Shown: positions 1 to 9,863, numbered from the stretch's first letter. The stretch: DNA of 64,000 nucleotides from Deltaproteobacteria bacterium (GCA_003647275.1 QMMN01000010.1:1121-65120), one strand, 5' to 3'. Numbers and translations: made by a program. Notes: generated from the sequence alone by a model not told the origin.

Positions 1-1
1 G

Positions 2-670
2 CTGGAGTTGGTCCGCACCAGCAGGGTCTATTTTGTCCTTGGAAGTCCTTCTTTTCAAAAAACCGGTCAAGGAATCCACTATTATAACAGCGCCTATCTG
101 GTTGACCCCTTTGGCAAAGTTGTGGGCAAGTATGACAAGGCACACCTAGTGCCCTATGGTGAATATGTCCCTCTCAAGCGCTACTTTCCCTTCCTGGGAA
201 AGATGGTTGAGGCTGCAGGGGATTTCGAACCAGGCAACAAGGGCCAAGTCCTATTGTGGGAGCATAAAAAGATCGGCGTCCTGATCTGTTTTGAGGTAAT
301 CTTTCCGGAGCTTGCCCGTTCAATGGTTCAAAACGGTGCTCAACTCTTGATCAATATTACAAACGATGCGTGGTTCGGGACCTCAAGTGCCCCTTACCAG
401 CATCTTTCGATGGTCGTGTTTCGGGCAGTTGAAAACCACTTAGCCGTAGCCAGAGCAGCCAATACCGGTATTAGCGCCTTTGTCGATCCTGTAGGCAGGC
501 TCCTGGACAAAACGCCCCTGTTTCAAGAGGCGATTCGAATCCGTTCGCTCCCTATGATGAACCACAAGAGCTTCTATGCTCGCCACGGCGACTTTTTTGC
601 TATAGGCTGCATTTTAATGGGTTTAGCCATGTGCATAGGCGCTTTTCGGCACAGGTTGTTTCTTGGGTAG
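2..670 (+). CDS. lnt: apolipoprotein N-acyltransferase, C-terminal part (5' end outside window)
   Basis: The ORF is open to the window edge. It has CN-hydrolase motifs (KAHLVPYGEYVP, ICFEVIFPE, NITNDAWFG, RAANTGIS) and a terminal TM helix. Confidence 0.85.
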   Translation: MELVRTSRVYFVLGSPSFQKTGQGIHYYNSAYLVDPFGKVVGKYDKAHLVPYGEYVPLKRYFPFLGKMVEAAGDFEPGNKGQVLLWEHKKIGVLICFEVIFPELARSMVQNGAQLLINITNDAWFGTSSAPYQHLSMVVFRAVENHLAVARAANTGISAFVDPVGRLLDKTPLFQEAIRIRSLPMMNHKSFYARHGDFFAIGCILMGLAMCIGAFRHRLFLG

Positions 671-1013
671 TGCTGGTTGATCGTTGTCAGGCGTGCGTTG
701 GTGTGATCTCAAAATCGGTTAATTTAGATAGATAGCAAAAAAAATAGGGCAATGATATCTCGTCCCGTTAGATACTTTGATGGCCATATAGGATGGTATG
801 ATATGTGCATGCATCCAATGGTGAGAGAGTCCCAAATCAACGCTTAATTTATCGAACTGGACTTTACTAACTAATTGAAAATATGGCCACAGTTGACTAA
901 TAACAACGGTCAACTGACTTAATTATTTCTTAATCAGTTATAGAATTACATCCGAAATTGGGAGACTGAATGAAGACCAACAACATAAATTATATAACCA
1001 AGGAGGCACTGTC

Positions 1014-2118
1014 ATGTCACTTGAATTAAAAAGCAGGATCCAATCTCTTCACAATCAACTAGAACAACTCAGGGGTTATCTTTGACATAGATGGAAAGCA
1101 AAAACGGCTTAACGAAATCGAGGCGATTATATCTAAAAAAGGCTTTTGGAATGTTCCAGAGGAAACAAAAGAAATCCTGAAAGAAAGAACGACCCTTTCC
1201 GATACAATTAATGCCTGGCAAAAGCTTCACCATGAACTCGAGGATGCTGGGGTCCTTTTAGACCTTGCCATAGAAGAGGCTGACGAAGCGACTATCCAGG
1301 AAGTCTCTGAAACACTTCAGGCGCTGGAAGATGCCATGAATCAAATGGCTATGGCGCGGATGCTAAGTGGCAAGGACGATGACAAAAATGCCATTGTCTC
1401 GATTAACGCCGGCGCAGGAGGGACTGAAGCTCAGGACTGGGCTGAGATGCTCTTCCGCATGTACGTGCGCTGGGCTGAGCGCAAAAACTACAAAACCAGC
1501 GTAGTGGACTTCCAGCCCGGTGAAGAAGCTGGGATCAAGAGTGTCACTTTTATCGCCAGTGGCCCCTATGCTTATGGTTATTTGAAAGGTGAGACCGGGA
1601 TCCATCGCCTTGTGCGTCTGTCCCCGTTCGATGCCAGTAATCGTCGACACACCTCCTTTGCGTCGGTCTCTGTGTCTCCGGAAGTCAACGAGGAGGTTGT
1701 CATAGACATTGACGAAAAGGACCTTCGCATTGAGACCTTCCGTTCCAGCGGTGCAGGCGGCCAGCACGTCAATAAGACCAGTTCAGCCGTCCGCCTCACA
1801 CATCTGCCAACAGGGATCGTGGTTCAGTGTCAGCAGGAATCTTCACAACACCGAAACAAGGCAATTGCCATGAAGGTCTTGAGGTCCCGGCTGTATGAAT
1901 ACGAACAATCGAAAAGGGCGAATGAAAAGCAAGCGCTTTATGAAAGCAAAGAAGAGATTGCCTGGGGGAGCCAGATCAGGTCCTATACCCTGCACCCTTA
2001 TCAGATGGTGAAAGACCATCGAATCAATCTTGAGATAGGAAACGTCAATGCTGTTCTGGATGGAAACCTCGATCTTTTTATAGAAGGGGTGCTTCTGGCA
2101 ACCAGTCAGCCCCATTAG
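1014..2118 (+). CDS. prfB: peptide chain release factor 2, requires programmed +1 frameshift at 1083
   Basis: ATG 1014 follows an AGGAGG RBS. Twenty-three codons (MSLELKSRIQSLHNQLEQLRGYL) end at the in-frame TGA 1083-1085. The +1 frame continues DIDGKQKRLNEIE... into ORF 1336..2118, which carries SPF and GGQ (SSGAGGQHVNK) motifs. Confidence 0.93.
1071..1086 (+). promoter_or_regulatory. RF2 autoregulatory +1 frameshift site (SD-like AGGGGT, then TAT CTT TGA C)
   Basis: The sequence AGGGGTTATCTTTGAC is almost identical to the E. coli prfB shift site AGGGGGTATCTTTGAC. Confidence 0.9.
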
Positions 2119-2200
2119 AAGCTCAAGAGGAACATTGTGACGCAATGCGATACAACGCTTAATAAGGAACCTCTAATAGGGGTAAAAAAAGGGAGGACTC

Positions 2201-2566
2201 ATGGCAAAGATATTGGTCGTTGATGACGAAAAAAGCATCAGGGCCCTTTGTAAAGAAGAACTGGAAGAGGAAGGTTACGAGGTCATCACAACTGGCCAAT
2301 GTAAAGATGTACTGGAACTCATTGCCTCTACCCGGCCATCTGCTGTGGTTTTGGACATCCGTATGGAGGATTGCAATGGGCTGGACCTGCTTCAGGAAGT
2401 ACGGAATGCCAACCCAACTCTGCCGATTATTCTCAACACGGCCTACGACTCATACAGTGAGGACATTAAATCCGTTGCTGCTGACTGTTACGTGGTCAAG
2501 TCCTATGACCTCTTAGAGCTGAAGGCCAAGATAGCTGAACTCGTGAATAAAGAAGGTCGGTCATGA
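2201..2566 (+). CDS. single-domain response regulator (CheY-like receiver)
   Basis: It starts MAKILVVDDE, has the LDIRM phospho-acceptor Asp context and a conserved Lys region (YVVKS). The GGGAGG RBS is present and the stop overlaps the glgP start (ATGA). Confidence 0.85.
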   Translation: MAKILVVDDEKSIRALCKEELEEEGYEVITTGQCKDVLELIASTRPSAVVLDIRMEDCNGLDLLQEVRNANPTLPIILNTAYDSYSEDIKSVAADCYVVKSYDLLELKAKIAELVNKEGRS

Positions 2567-5142
2567 AGGCCATATATAAGTATAACGTCCTTGCGAAGCT
2601 GCCAGACAGGCTAAAGCCCCTGGAAAGGCTCGCCTACAATTTATGGTTTAGTTGGCACCATGACATCGGCTACCTGTTCAGCCGGATGGACGCTGAGCTC
2701 TGGGAGTCTTCAAAACATAATCCCGTCTATATGCTGGGGGCCATCAGCCAAAAGCGCTTGGAGCAGCTGGCAGAAGATGCAGGCTTTTTGGCTCAGATGG
2801 ACCGGGTTTATGAACAGTTGGAACAGTACCTTTCCGTTCAACCCTCTCCGATCCCTGAAGCCCGGGATCTGGCTCGATTCGGTGTTGCCTATTTTTCGGC
2901 AGAGTTCGGCCTGGCCGAGTGTTTGCCTATTTATTCTGGAGGACTGGGCGTCCTTGCGGGTGACTACCTGAAATCTGCCAGCGACTTGAATTTTCCCGCC
3001 GTAGGTGTCGGCCTTTTTTACCACGAAGGCTATTTTCAGCAGTACTTGAATGCCGACGGGTGGCAGCAGGAAGCCTATCCTGAGAACGATATTTCCACCA
3101 TGCCGGCCAGTCTTATGACAGATGAAAATGGCCAACCGGTCATGGTGGAGGTATCTATACAGGGCGAACCCGTCAAAATTCAGATATGGCGCCTCATGGT
3201 AGGGCGTGTTCCCCTGTACTTGCTCGACACGAATATCAAGGAAAACTCGCCTGAGCATCGTTACATCACCTCGCGGCTTTATGGCGGAGACTGGGATATG
3301 CGACTCAGGCAAGAGATCGTCCTGGGCATTGGTGGCGTCCGCGCACTCCGGGCCCTCGGCGTAGAAGCCTCAGCATACCACATGAATGAAGGCCACTCTG
3401 CCTTTTCTGCCTTGGAACGAATCCGCATCCTCAAAAATGAGCATAGCCTGTCCTTTGATGCTGCAAGGGAATTCGTGGTCGCCACCAATACCTTTACGAC
3501 CCACACACCTGTGCCAGCGGGAAACGACATGTTTTCACCAGACCTTATGCACACATATTTCGAAGATTATGTGCAGTCTCTCGGCATTGCTTTTAAGGTT
3601 TTTTTGGGATTTGGCCGCCAGGAGCCTGGAAACGACCAGGAGACTTTTTCTATGACAGTGCTGGCCTTAAGGCTGTCTGCCCATTCGAATGGGGTAAGCC
3701 GATTACATGCCAGCGTTTCCCGCAACATGTGGCACAAAATCTGGCCCAAGAATCCTATGGAAGATATCCCTATCTACCCTATAACCAACGGGATTCACAT
3801 CCCATCGTGGATTTCGAAAGACATGGCAGAACTCTTTGATCGTTATCTGGGGCCAAACTGGATCGAAGATCCGGACAGCCAGAAGGTGTGGAAACAGGTG
3901 AAACAAATCCCAGATTCAGAACTATGGCGGACCCATGAAAGGCGGCGGGAACGCCTCGTCGCCTTTGCAAGACGAAGGCTGCAGACCCAGCTTAAAAGCC
4001 ATGGCGCATCAGCCCAAGAGCTTGAGACTGCCGCCCAGGTGCTCAATCCGGAAATTCTCACCATCGGATTCGGCCGTCGCTTTGCCAACTATAAACGCGC
4101 AACCCTTATCCTGCAGGACCAGGATCGGCTTGTTAAATTGCTGACCCATCCCGAACGTCCCATCCAGATTATTATAGCAGGTAAGGCCCATCCCCAGGAT
4201 GCCCCAGCCAAGGAGCTTATTAGAAGGATTATCCATTTTGCCAATCTGGAAGAGGTTCGCCATCGGTTTGTATTCATCCAGGACTACAATATCAGGGTGG
4301 CACGCATGATGCTTCAGGGCTGCGATGTGTGGATCAACACCCCCCGGAGGCCCCTGGAAGCGTGCGGTACCAGCGGCATGAAGGCCATCCCTAACGGCGT
4401 GTTAAACTTAAGCACCCTGGATGGATGGTGGGATGAAGGTTATGACCCAAGTTATGGATGGGCCATTGGTCGGGGTGAGACCTATGAAGATCATCACTTG
4501 CAAGACGAGGTGGAAAGCCGAGACATTTACAATCTCTTAGAACGAGAGATCGTACCGCTGTTTTATGACCGAGGCTTGGATAATCTGCCCCGTGGTTGGC
4601 TGGAAAAGATGAAGGCAGCCATGTGTTATCTTTGCCCGATTTTTAACTGCCACCGGATGCTACAGGACTACACCAATCAATGCTACATCAGTGCCTCAAG
4701 GCGATACAATGAGCTTTCAAGAGACGACATGAAGGGTGCCAACGAGCTGGCCCAGTGGCGACAAAAAATCTTGACCAACTGGGACCAGATTCGGATCAAT
4801 CGTATCCATGTGCACGGAGGCACACCTGTGCCGGTGTCGGGTTACCTCAAAATCGGGACCGATATCTTTCTCAATGAGCTTAAACCTGAAGACGTGGATG
4901 TGGATATCTATTTCGGACCATTGAGCTTTAAGGATGAGTTCACGGAAAGAGAGACTATCCAGATGAAAGCTGTGGATTCTGACGGCAATGGCAACCATCA
5001 TTTTGAGGGCGAGATACCATGTACCGAGACAGGCAAATACGGGTTTACTATCAGGGTCATGCCGAGTCGTCAAAAGATGGAAACCCCGTATACCACAGGT
5101 CTGGTGATCTGGGCACAGGACCAGGCCATTGTGAACCCGTAG
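2563..5142 (+). CDS. glgP: alpha-glucan phosphorylase (GT35, maltodextrin/glycogen phosphorylase type)
   Basis: An 859 aa ORF with the motifs YFSAEFGL, YSGGLGVLAGDYLKSASDL and EACGTSGMKA (PLP lysine context). Confidence 0.88.
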   Translation: MKAIYKYNVLAKLPDRLKPLERLAYNLWFSWHHDIGYLFSRMDAELWESSKHNPVYMLGAISQKRLEQLAEDAGFLAQMDRVYEQLEQYLSVQPSPIPEARDLARFGVAYFSAEFGLAECLPIYSGGLGVLAGDYLKSASDLNFPAVGVGLFYHEGYFQQYLNADGWQQEAYPENDISTMPASLMTDENGQPVMVEVSIQGEPVKIQIWRLMVGRVPLYLLDTNIKENSPEHRYITSRLYGGDWDMRLRQEIVLGIGGVRALRALGVEASAYHMNEGHSAFSALERIRILKNEHSLSFDAAREFVVATNTFTTHTPVPAGNDMFSPDLMHTYFEDYVQSLGIAFKVFLGFGRQEPGNDQETFSMTVLALRLSAHSNGVSRLHASVSRNMWHKIWPKNPMEDIPIYPITNGIHIPSWISKDMAELFDRYLGPNWIEDPDSQKVWKQVKQIPDSELWRTHERRRERLVAFARRRLQTQLKSHGASAQELETAAQVLNPEILTIGFGRRFANYKRATLILQDQDRLVKLLTHPERPIQIIIAGKAHPQDAPAKELIRRIIHFANLEEVRHRFVFIQDYNIRVARMMLQGCDVWINTPRRPLEACGTSGMKAIPNGVLNLSTLDGWWDEGYDPSYGWAIGRGETYEDHHLQDEVESRDIYNLLEREIVPLFYDRGLDNLPRGWLEKMKAAMCYLCPIFNCHRMLQDYTNQCYISASRRYNELSRDDMKGANELAQWRQKILTNWDQIRINRIHVHGGTPVPVSGYLKIGTDIFLNELKPEDVDVDIYFGPLSFKDEFTERETIQMKAVDSDGNGNHHFEGEIPCTETGKYGFTIRVMPSRQKMETPYTTGLVIWAQDQAIVNP

Positions 5143-5300
5143 CCCAGAGGAAAAGCCCCCTCCTCAACCCACAGAGGTCTCTAACGCATAAATCAGGCTT
5201 ATAGTGCTCTCTGTTCGTTGATACAAATGACTAAGGGGAGCATCAAATCGTTTACATCGAAACAGGCTGTTACCCAAGCAGCCGTACATTGAAACACCTT

Positions 5301-5316
5301 TGGATTATTTGTTGCA
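5301..5316 (+). promoter_or_regulatory. candidate sigma54 (-24/-12) promoter upstream of the fdhA-like gene
   Basis: TGGATTATTTGTTGCA has the GG and GC elements at the exact TGGCAC-N5-TTGCA spacing. It lies about 39 nt upstream of ATG 5355. The -24 hexamer is only a half match. Confidence 0.35.
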
Positions 5317-5354
5317 AACAATATGATGCTCTCCTTAGTACAAGGCGGTCAATC

Positions 5355-7388
5355 ATGCCCAAGGTTTTGACGACCTGCTGTTTTTGCGCCTGCGGGTGCA
5401 ACTTATATCTTCAGGTCGAAGCTGGAAAGGTCATTGGGGTGACCCCCAGCAGAGAACATCCCATTACCCGGGGAAACCTGTGTCTCAAGGGATGGAACAG
5501 CTTTGAGTTTGTCCATCACAAGGACCGTCTCCGATATCCATTGATTCGAAGAAGGGGCCACCTTGTAGAGGCGGATTGGGAAAAAGCGCTGAACTTGGTT
5601 GCACAAAGGCTGGCCGAGGTCAAGGACAAATATGGCCCCCAATCATTGGGGGTACTCTCTTCTGCCAAGTGTACCAATGAGGAGAACTATCTTCTAATGA
5701 AATTTGCGCGGGCCGTGCTGAAGACCAACAATGTGGACCACTGTGCCCGGCTATGTCATTCTCCAAGTGTCATTGGGCTAAGCAATGCCTTTGGTTCCGG
5801 GGCGATGACAAACGCCATATCAGAGCTTGCCAGCGCCGAGGTCATCTTGGTGACCGGCTCCAATACGACCGAGCAGCATCCCCAGATAGCACGGTTTATC
5901 TTTGATGCCCTGGCAAGAGGGGCCAAGCTGATTGTGGTGGACCCGCGACGTATTCCGTTGAGCAGATTCGCCCATATCTATCTGCAGCCACGCCTGGGGA
6001 CTGACGTGATATGGCTAAACGGCATGACGAAAATCATCCTGGAGGAGGGGCTCCTTGACGATGCCTTTATCAAGATGCGCACTGAAAATTTCAGGGCATT
6101 CAGCGAGATGCTGAAAAACTTTGACCTCGAGCAGGTGGAAGCCATCAGCGGGATCCCCCTGGAAGATCTCCGGATGGCAGCACGGGTGTATGCCGGTGTC
6201 AAGCGGGCCATGATCATTTATTCTATGGGGATTACGCAACACATCTCTGGAACGGATAATGTGCAATCCATTGCCAACCTGGCCATGTTGACCGGGCATG
6301 TGGAACAAAAGTATACCGGGGTCGGACCGCTCCGCGGCCAGAACAATGTCCAAGGGGCCTGTGACATGGGGGCACTTCCCGGAATGTTGTCAGGCTATCA
6401 AAATGTTGCAGACGAGGGCATCAGAAAAAAGTTTGAACGCGTATGGAAGACTGATCTGCCAACAGCCCCCGGTCTGACTGAGATTGATATGTTTCATGGA
6501 ACAGGGAATAAAAAAATTCGGGCGATGTTTGTTATGGGAGAAAATCCGGCACTCAGCCACCCTGATCTTAAAGCAACACGTGCCGCCTTACAAGTATTGG
6601 AATTTATGGCAGTATCAGATATCTTCCTGACAGAGACTGCAGCGTTGGCAGACGTGGTACTGCCTGCGGCTTCGTTTGCTGAAAAGAACGGAACCGTCAC
6701 CAGTACTGAACGCCGTATTCAAAGAGTTCGAAAGGCAGTGTCTCCTATTGGTGCAAGCAGGCCAGACTGGCAGATCATATGCGAACTGGCCTCTCGGATG
6801 AATTACCCCATGGCTTACGAATCCCCGGCAGAGATTATGGAAGAGATCGCCATGCTGACCCCCATTTACGGCGGCGTATATTACGATCGGCTGGAACAGG
6901 GGTGGGGGTTGTTTTGGCCGTGCCCGAACCGAGACCATCCGGGAACGCCCTTTTTGCACAAGGGTTCATTTGTACGCGGGAAGGGACGCTTTGAATGTAC
7001 TCTATATCGTCCTCCTGCAGAAATGCCGGATGAGGCGTATCCGTTTTATCTAACCACAGGACGGATCTCCGAACATTGGCATACGGGAAGTATGAGCAGG
7101 CGGATTACGGCCCTTTCCAGAGAACGGCCAGAGGCATTTGTTGAGATCAATCCACAGGATGCAAAGCGCTTGGGGGTGGCAAACAGGAAACCGGTTCGGG
7201 TCGTTTCAAGGCGCGGAGAAATTACAGTCAAGGCACGCCTTACAGACGATGTTCCAGAAAAAACGGTCTATATCCCTTTTCACTTCACAGAGGCTCCGGC
7301 CAATATCCTCACCCATGGTCACTGCGATCCAGAGGCCAAGATCCCGGAATTTAAGGTATGCGCGGTACGGTTGGAAAAGGTGCAGTGA
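5355..7388 (+). CDS. fdhA: formate dehydrogenase alpha subunit-like molybdopterin oxidoreductase (Cys type, no signal peptide)
   Basis: The N-terminal 4Fe-4S motif is CCFCACGC...CLKG. The fold is FdhF-like MopB, and ARLCHSPSV places Cys where Sec or Cys ligates Mo. The internal ATG 5355 (MPKVLTTCCF) is preferred over the TTG at 5289. Confidence 0.82.
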   Translation: MPKVLTTCCFCACGCNLYLQVEAGKVIGVTPSREHPITRGNLCLKGWNSFEFVHHKDRLRYPLIRRRGHLVEADWEKALNLVAQRLAEVKDKYGPQSLGVLSSAKCTNEENYLLMKFARAVLKTNNVDHCARLCHSPSVIGLSNAFGSGAMTNAISELASAEVILVTGSNTTEQHPQIARFIFDALARGAKLIVVDPRRIPLSRFAHIYLQPRLGTDVIWLNGMTKIILEEGLLDDAFIKMRTENFRAFSEMLKNFDLEQVEAISGIPLEDLRMAARVYAGVKRAMIIYSMGITQHISGTDNVQSIANLAMLTGHVEQKYTGVGPLRGQNNVQGACDMGALPGMLSGYQNVADEGIRKKFERVWKTDLPTAPGLTEIDMFHGTGNKKIRAMFVMGENPALSHPDLKATRAALQVLEFMAVSDIFLTETAALADVVLPAASFAEKNGTVTSTERRIQRVRKAVSPIGASRPDWQIICELASRMNYPMAYESPAEIMEEIAMLTPIYGGVYYDRLEQGWGLFWPCPNRDHPGTPFLHKGSFVRGKGRFECTLYRPPAEMPDEAYPFYLTTGRISEHWHTGSMSRRITALSRERPEAFVEINPQDAKRLGVANRKPVRVVSRRGEITVKARLTDDVPEKTVYIPFHFTEAPANILTHGHCDPEAKIPEFKVCAVRLEKVQ

Positions 7389-8644
7389 TGCCAAACGAGC
7401 TCATTCTAAACAAGGAACACCTTACAGGCTTTTTGCGCAAGATCGCAAAAGAACGTGAACTGATCGCGCCGATAAAAAATTCATATGGGGATACGCTCTT
7501 TGAAGTCATCTCCTCTGTGGATGATGTCTCTCTTGACCTGGAAAGCAGACCGGCCATGCCTCCCAAGGATTTCTTTTTACCTCCCACCGAGACACTGTTT
7601 AACTACCAGCGTGAAGGGAAACAATATCGGTTTGAGGAAGTTCTTCCTGATGTGTCAAGGGTCTTATTTGGTCTGCGTTCCTGCGATTTGTGGGCCATTC
7701 TGTTCCTTGACGTGGTATTCCAGGAAAACTTTAAAGACCGATACTATTTAAACAGACGAAGTAACACCATATTGATCAATATTGGGTGCCATGAACCGAT
7801 GCTGAACTGCTTTTGCAAAAGCGCAAAAAGCGGACCTTTTCTGACGCAAGGATACGATCTGCAGCTCACAGACCTGGGGGACCGATTTTTTGTCGAAGTC
7901 GGACGGCCCAGGGGCAGAGAGTTGGTTGACAAATGGGACTATTTTTTCACCTCGGCAACCCAAAAAGATCGGGACGAACAGTATGAGATCGTCCTGGAAG
8001 CGGAGAGCAAATTTGGGCAGACCGTTGATCTTGATATGGCAACCTCCCGACTCATCAATCATGAGGTGGACGACGCCCTGTGGGAGGAACTCGGGAACCG
8101 TTGCCAGGGGTGCGGGGGGTGTGCCTATGTATGCCCCACGTGTTACTGCTTTAATATTGTAGACCGGCCCGTGTCAGAAACTCAAGGGGAAAGGGTCAGA
8201 ATGCACGATGCGTGTACCTTGGCCGGATTTACCCGACTTGCGGGCGGTTACAATCCACGCCAGGAAAGAAGCCGTCGGATTCGAAGGCGCTTTTATCACA
8301 AACTCCCTTTTGCCATAGAGAAATACCATCGTCCCAGCTGCGTGGGATGCGGTCGGTGTATGGAAATATGCTTTGGCCGTGTTGATATGATTCACTTTAT
8401 CAAAATGGTTTGTGAGCGAGGTAAAAAAGCATCTCAAGAAGCCTCTTTGAGGTTAGGAGAAATTCTTGTCCAGGCTGGACTTATAAGCCGTGAAGAACTC
8501 AAGGTCGCCCTTGAGAAACAGGCTGACACCGGTAAGCCACTTGGCATACAGCTCATAGAAGACGGATTGACCACAACGAAAGAGATTGCCCTCGCCCTTG
8601 GTTGTCAACTGAGGATCCCGGAGACAGCGGGAACCGAGGGATAG
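7388..8644 (+). CDS. 4Fe-4S dicluster electron-transfer subunit (AsrA/HydB-like) with C-terminal MshEN/T2SSE_N-type domain
   Basis: TGATG overlap with fdhA. Cys clusters are CQGCGGCAYVCPTCYC and CVGCGRCMEIC. The C-terminus reads RLGEILVQAGLISREELKVALEKQ-ADTGK-PLGIQLIEDGLTTTKEIALALGCQ. Confidence 0.8.
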   Translation: MPNELILNKEHLTGFLRKIAKERELIAPIKNSYGDTLFEVISSVDDVSLDLESRPAMPPKDFFLPPTETLFNYQREGKQYRFEEVLPDVSRVLFGLRSCDLWAILFLDVVFQENFKDRYYLNRRSNTILINIGCHEPMLNCFCKSAKSGPFLTQGYDLQLTDLGDRFFVEVGRPRGRELVDKWDYFFTSATQKDRDEQYEIVLEAESKFGQTVDLDMATSRLINHEVDDALWEELGNRCQGCGGCAYVCPTCYCFNIVDRPVSETQGERVRMHDACTLAGFTRLAGGYNPRQERSRRIRRRFYHKLPFAIEKYHRPSCVGCGRCMEICFGRVDMIHFIKMVCERGKKASQEASLRLGEILVQAGLISREELKVALEKQADTGKPLGIQLIEDGLTTTKEIALALGCQLRIPETAGTEG

Positions 8645-8672
8645 CGGTTTCGCTATTACAGAGGAGGTCTAT

Positions 8673-9536
8673 TTGGAAGATAGGGCTCAGACATTAGTAC
8701 GGAAGATGGTGCCCAATATTTATCAACCCTATCCTGTCTCCGTTCATGGGGTGAAGGAAGAAACCGGGGATATCAAGACCTTTACGCTTGGTTTCAAAGA
8801 CCAAGAAATACAAAATCGCTTTACTTTTCGACCAGGCCAATTTGTTTTGGTCTCTGTATTCAATTGTGGCGAGGCGCCTATCTCCATATGTTCATCCCCC
8901 ACGTTTTCCAAAGGCTTGCAGTTGAGTATAAAAAAAATGGGCCTTTTGACTGGAGAGATACATCGCTACACCGAGGGGGACGAAGTTGGTTTACGGGGGC
9001 CGTATGGCAATGGCTTTCCTCTGGAACAGCTTTGCGGCCACGACCTTTTGTTCGTTGGAGGCGGGATCGGACTAGCCCCCTTGCGCTCTCTCATCCAATA
9101 TGTCCTTTCCAAGCGATCGCAGTTCGGAGGGGTCACCATCCTTTACGGGGCAAGAACCCCTCAGGATATTGTCTTTAAGGACGATTTGGCTGCCTGGGAC
9201 AAAGAAGAAGATGTTCAGGTAACAACCACCGTGTACCGGGACAATCCAACATGGAAAGGAGAGGTTGGTCCGGTGACACGTTTGCTGGAAAAGGCTACAA
9301 TATCTCCTTCAAACACAAAGGCGATCATATGCGGCCATCCGGCTATCATTTCTTATGTGGTTTTCGATCTGCTAAAGATGGGATTTGCTGAAGAGGATAT
9401 TATCACCACCCTTGAGAGAAATATGAAATGTGGCGTTGGCAAATGCGGCCATTGCAGCATAGGAAGCAAATTCACTTGTATGCACGGTCCAGTTTTCACC
9501 TATCGAGAGATTAAGACATTCCCTACCGGGTTCTGA
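8673..9536 (+). CDS. FAD/NAD(P)-binding oxidoreductase subunit with 2Fe-2S cluster (AsrB/HydG-like)
   Basis: TTG start 5 nt after a GAGGAGG RBS. It has ferredoxin-reductase motifs (RPGQFV, GGGIGLAP) and a terminal CGVGKCGHCS motif. Confidence 0.8.
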   Translation: MEDRAQTLVRKMVPNIYQPYPVSVHGVKEETGDIKTFTLGFKDQEIQNRFTFRPGQFVLVSVFNCGEAPISICSSPTFSKGLQLSIKKMGLLTGEIHRYTEGDEVGLRGPYGNGFPLEQLCGHDLLFVGGGIGLAPLRSLIQYVLSKRSQFGGVTILYGARTPQDIVFKDDLAAWDKEEDVQVTTTVYRDNPTWKGEVGPVTRLLEKATISPSNTKAIICGHPAIISYVVFDLLKMGFAEEDIITTLERNMKCGVGKCGHCSIGSKFTCMHGPVFTYREIKTFPTGF

Positions 9537-9863
9537 GGTTGATAGCCCCTTGTTTCGGTCGTGTCCGTTGATACTTGTTCTGCCAGGATGGTTTCATTGC
9601 CGAAATCCTAAACGTCGTTCATTCAGATAGATACCAACAGAGATACAGGCGGCCTCATATCGTTCCTTCCCGTTTAAAACATATAGATAGAATTAACTAT
9701 TTACGGGCTGCTGCTCAAATCGCGACAATACAAATGTTTAATGGTCTTTTACTCTTTGAAGGCTGAATGTATAGCTATCTGGGCAATAGCCTGGTTACAA
9801 CTGACAACAGCCAACCAACATCGAGGATTGACATGGAGTGCACACGTGCTTTAGACATAACGC

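Noticed and set aside
719-913. A 64-aa minus-strand ORF in the lnt-prfB spacer, and the 8-bp inverted repeat CAGTTGAC...GTCAACTG (889-915).
   Set aside because: The ORF has no RBS or motif and lies in AT-rich spacer. The inverted repeat is short, lacks a U-tract, and cannot be assigned a function from sequence alone.
5289-5354. The upstream TTG-initiated extension of the fdhA-like ORF (MKHLWIICCKQYDALLSTRRSI).
   Set aside because: The extension has no signal-peptide or Tat character. The ATG at 5355 sits right before the conserved Cys cluster and leaves room for an RBS-like AAGGCGG.
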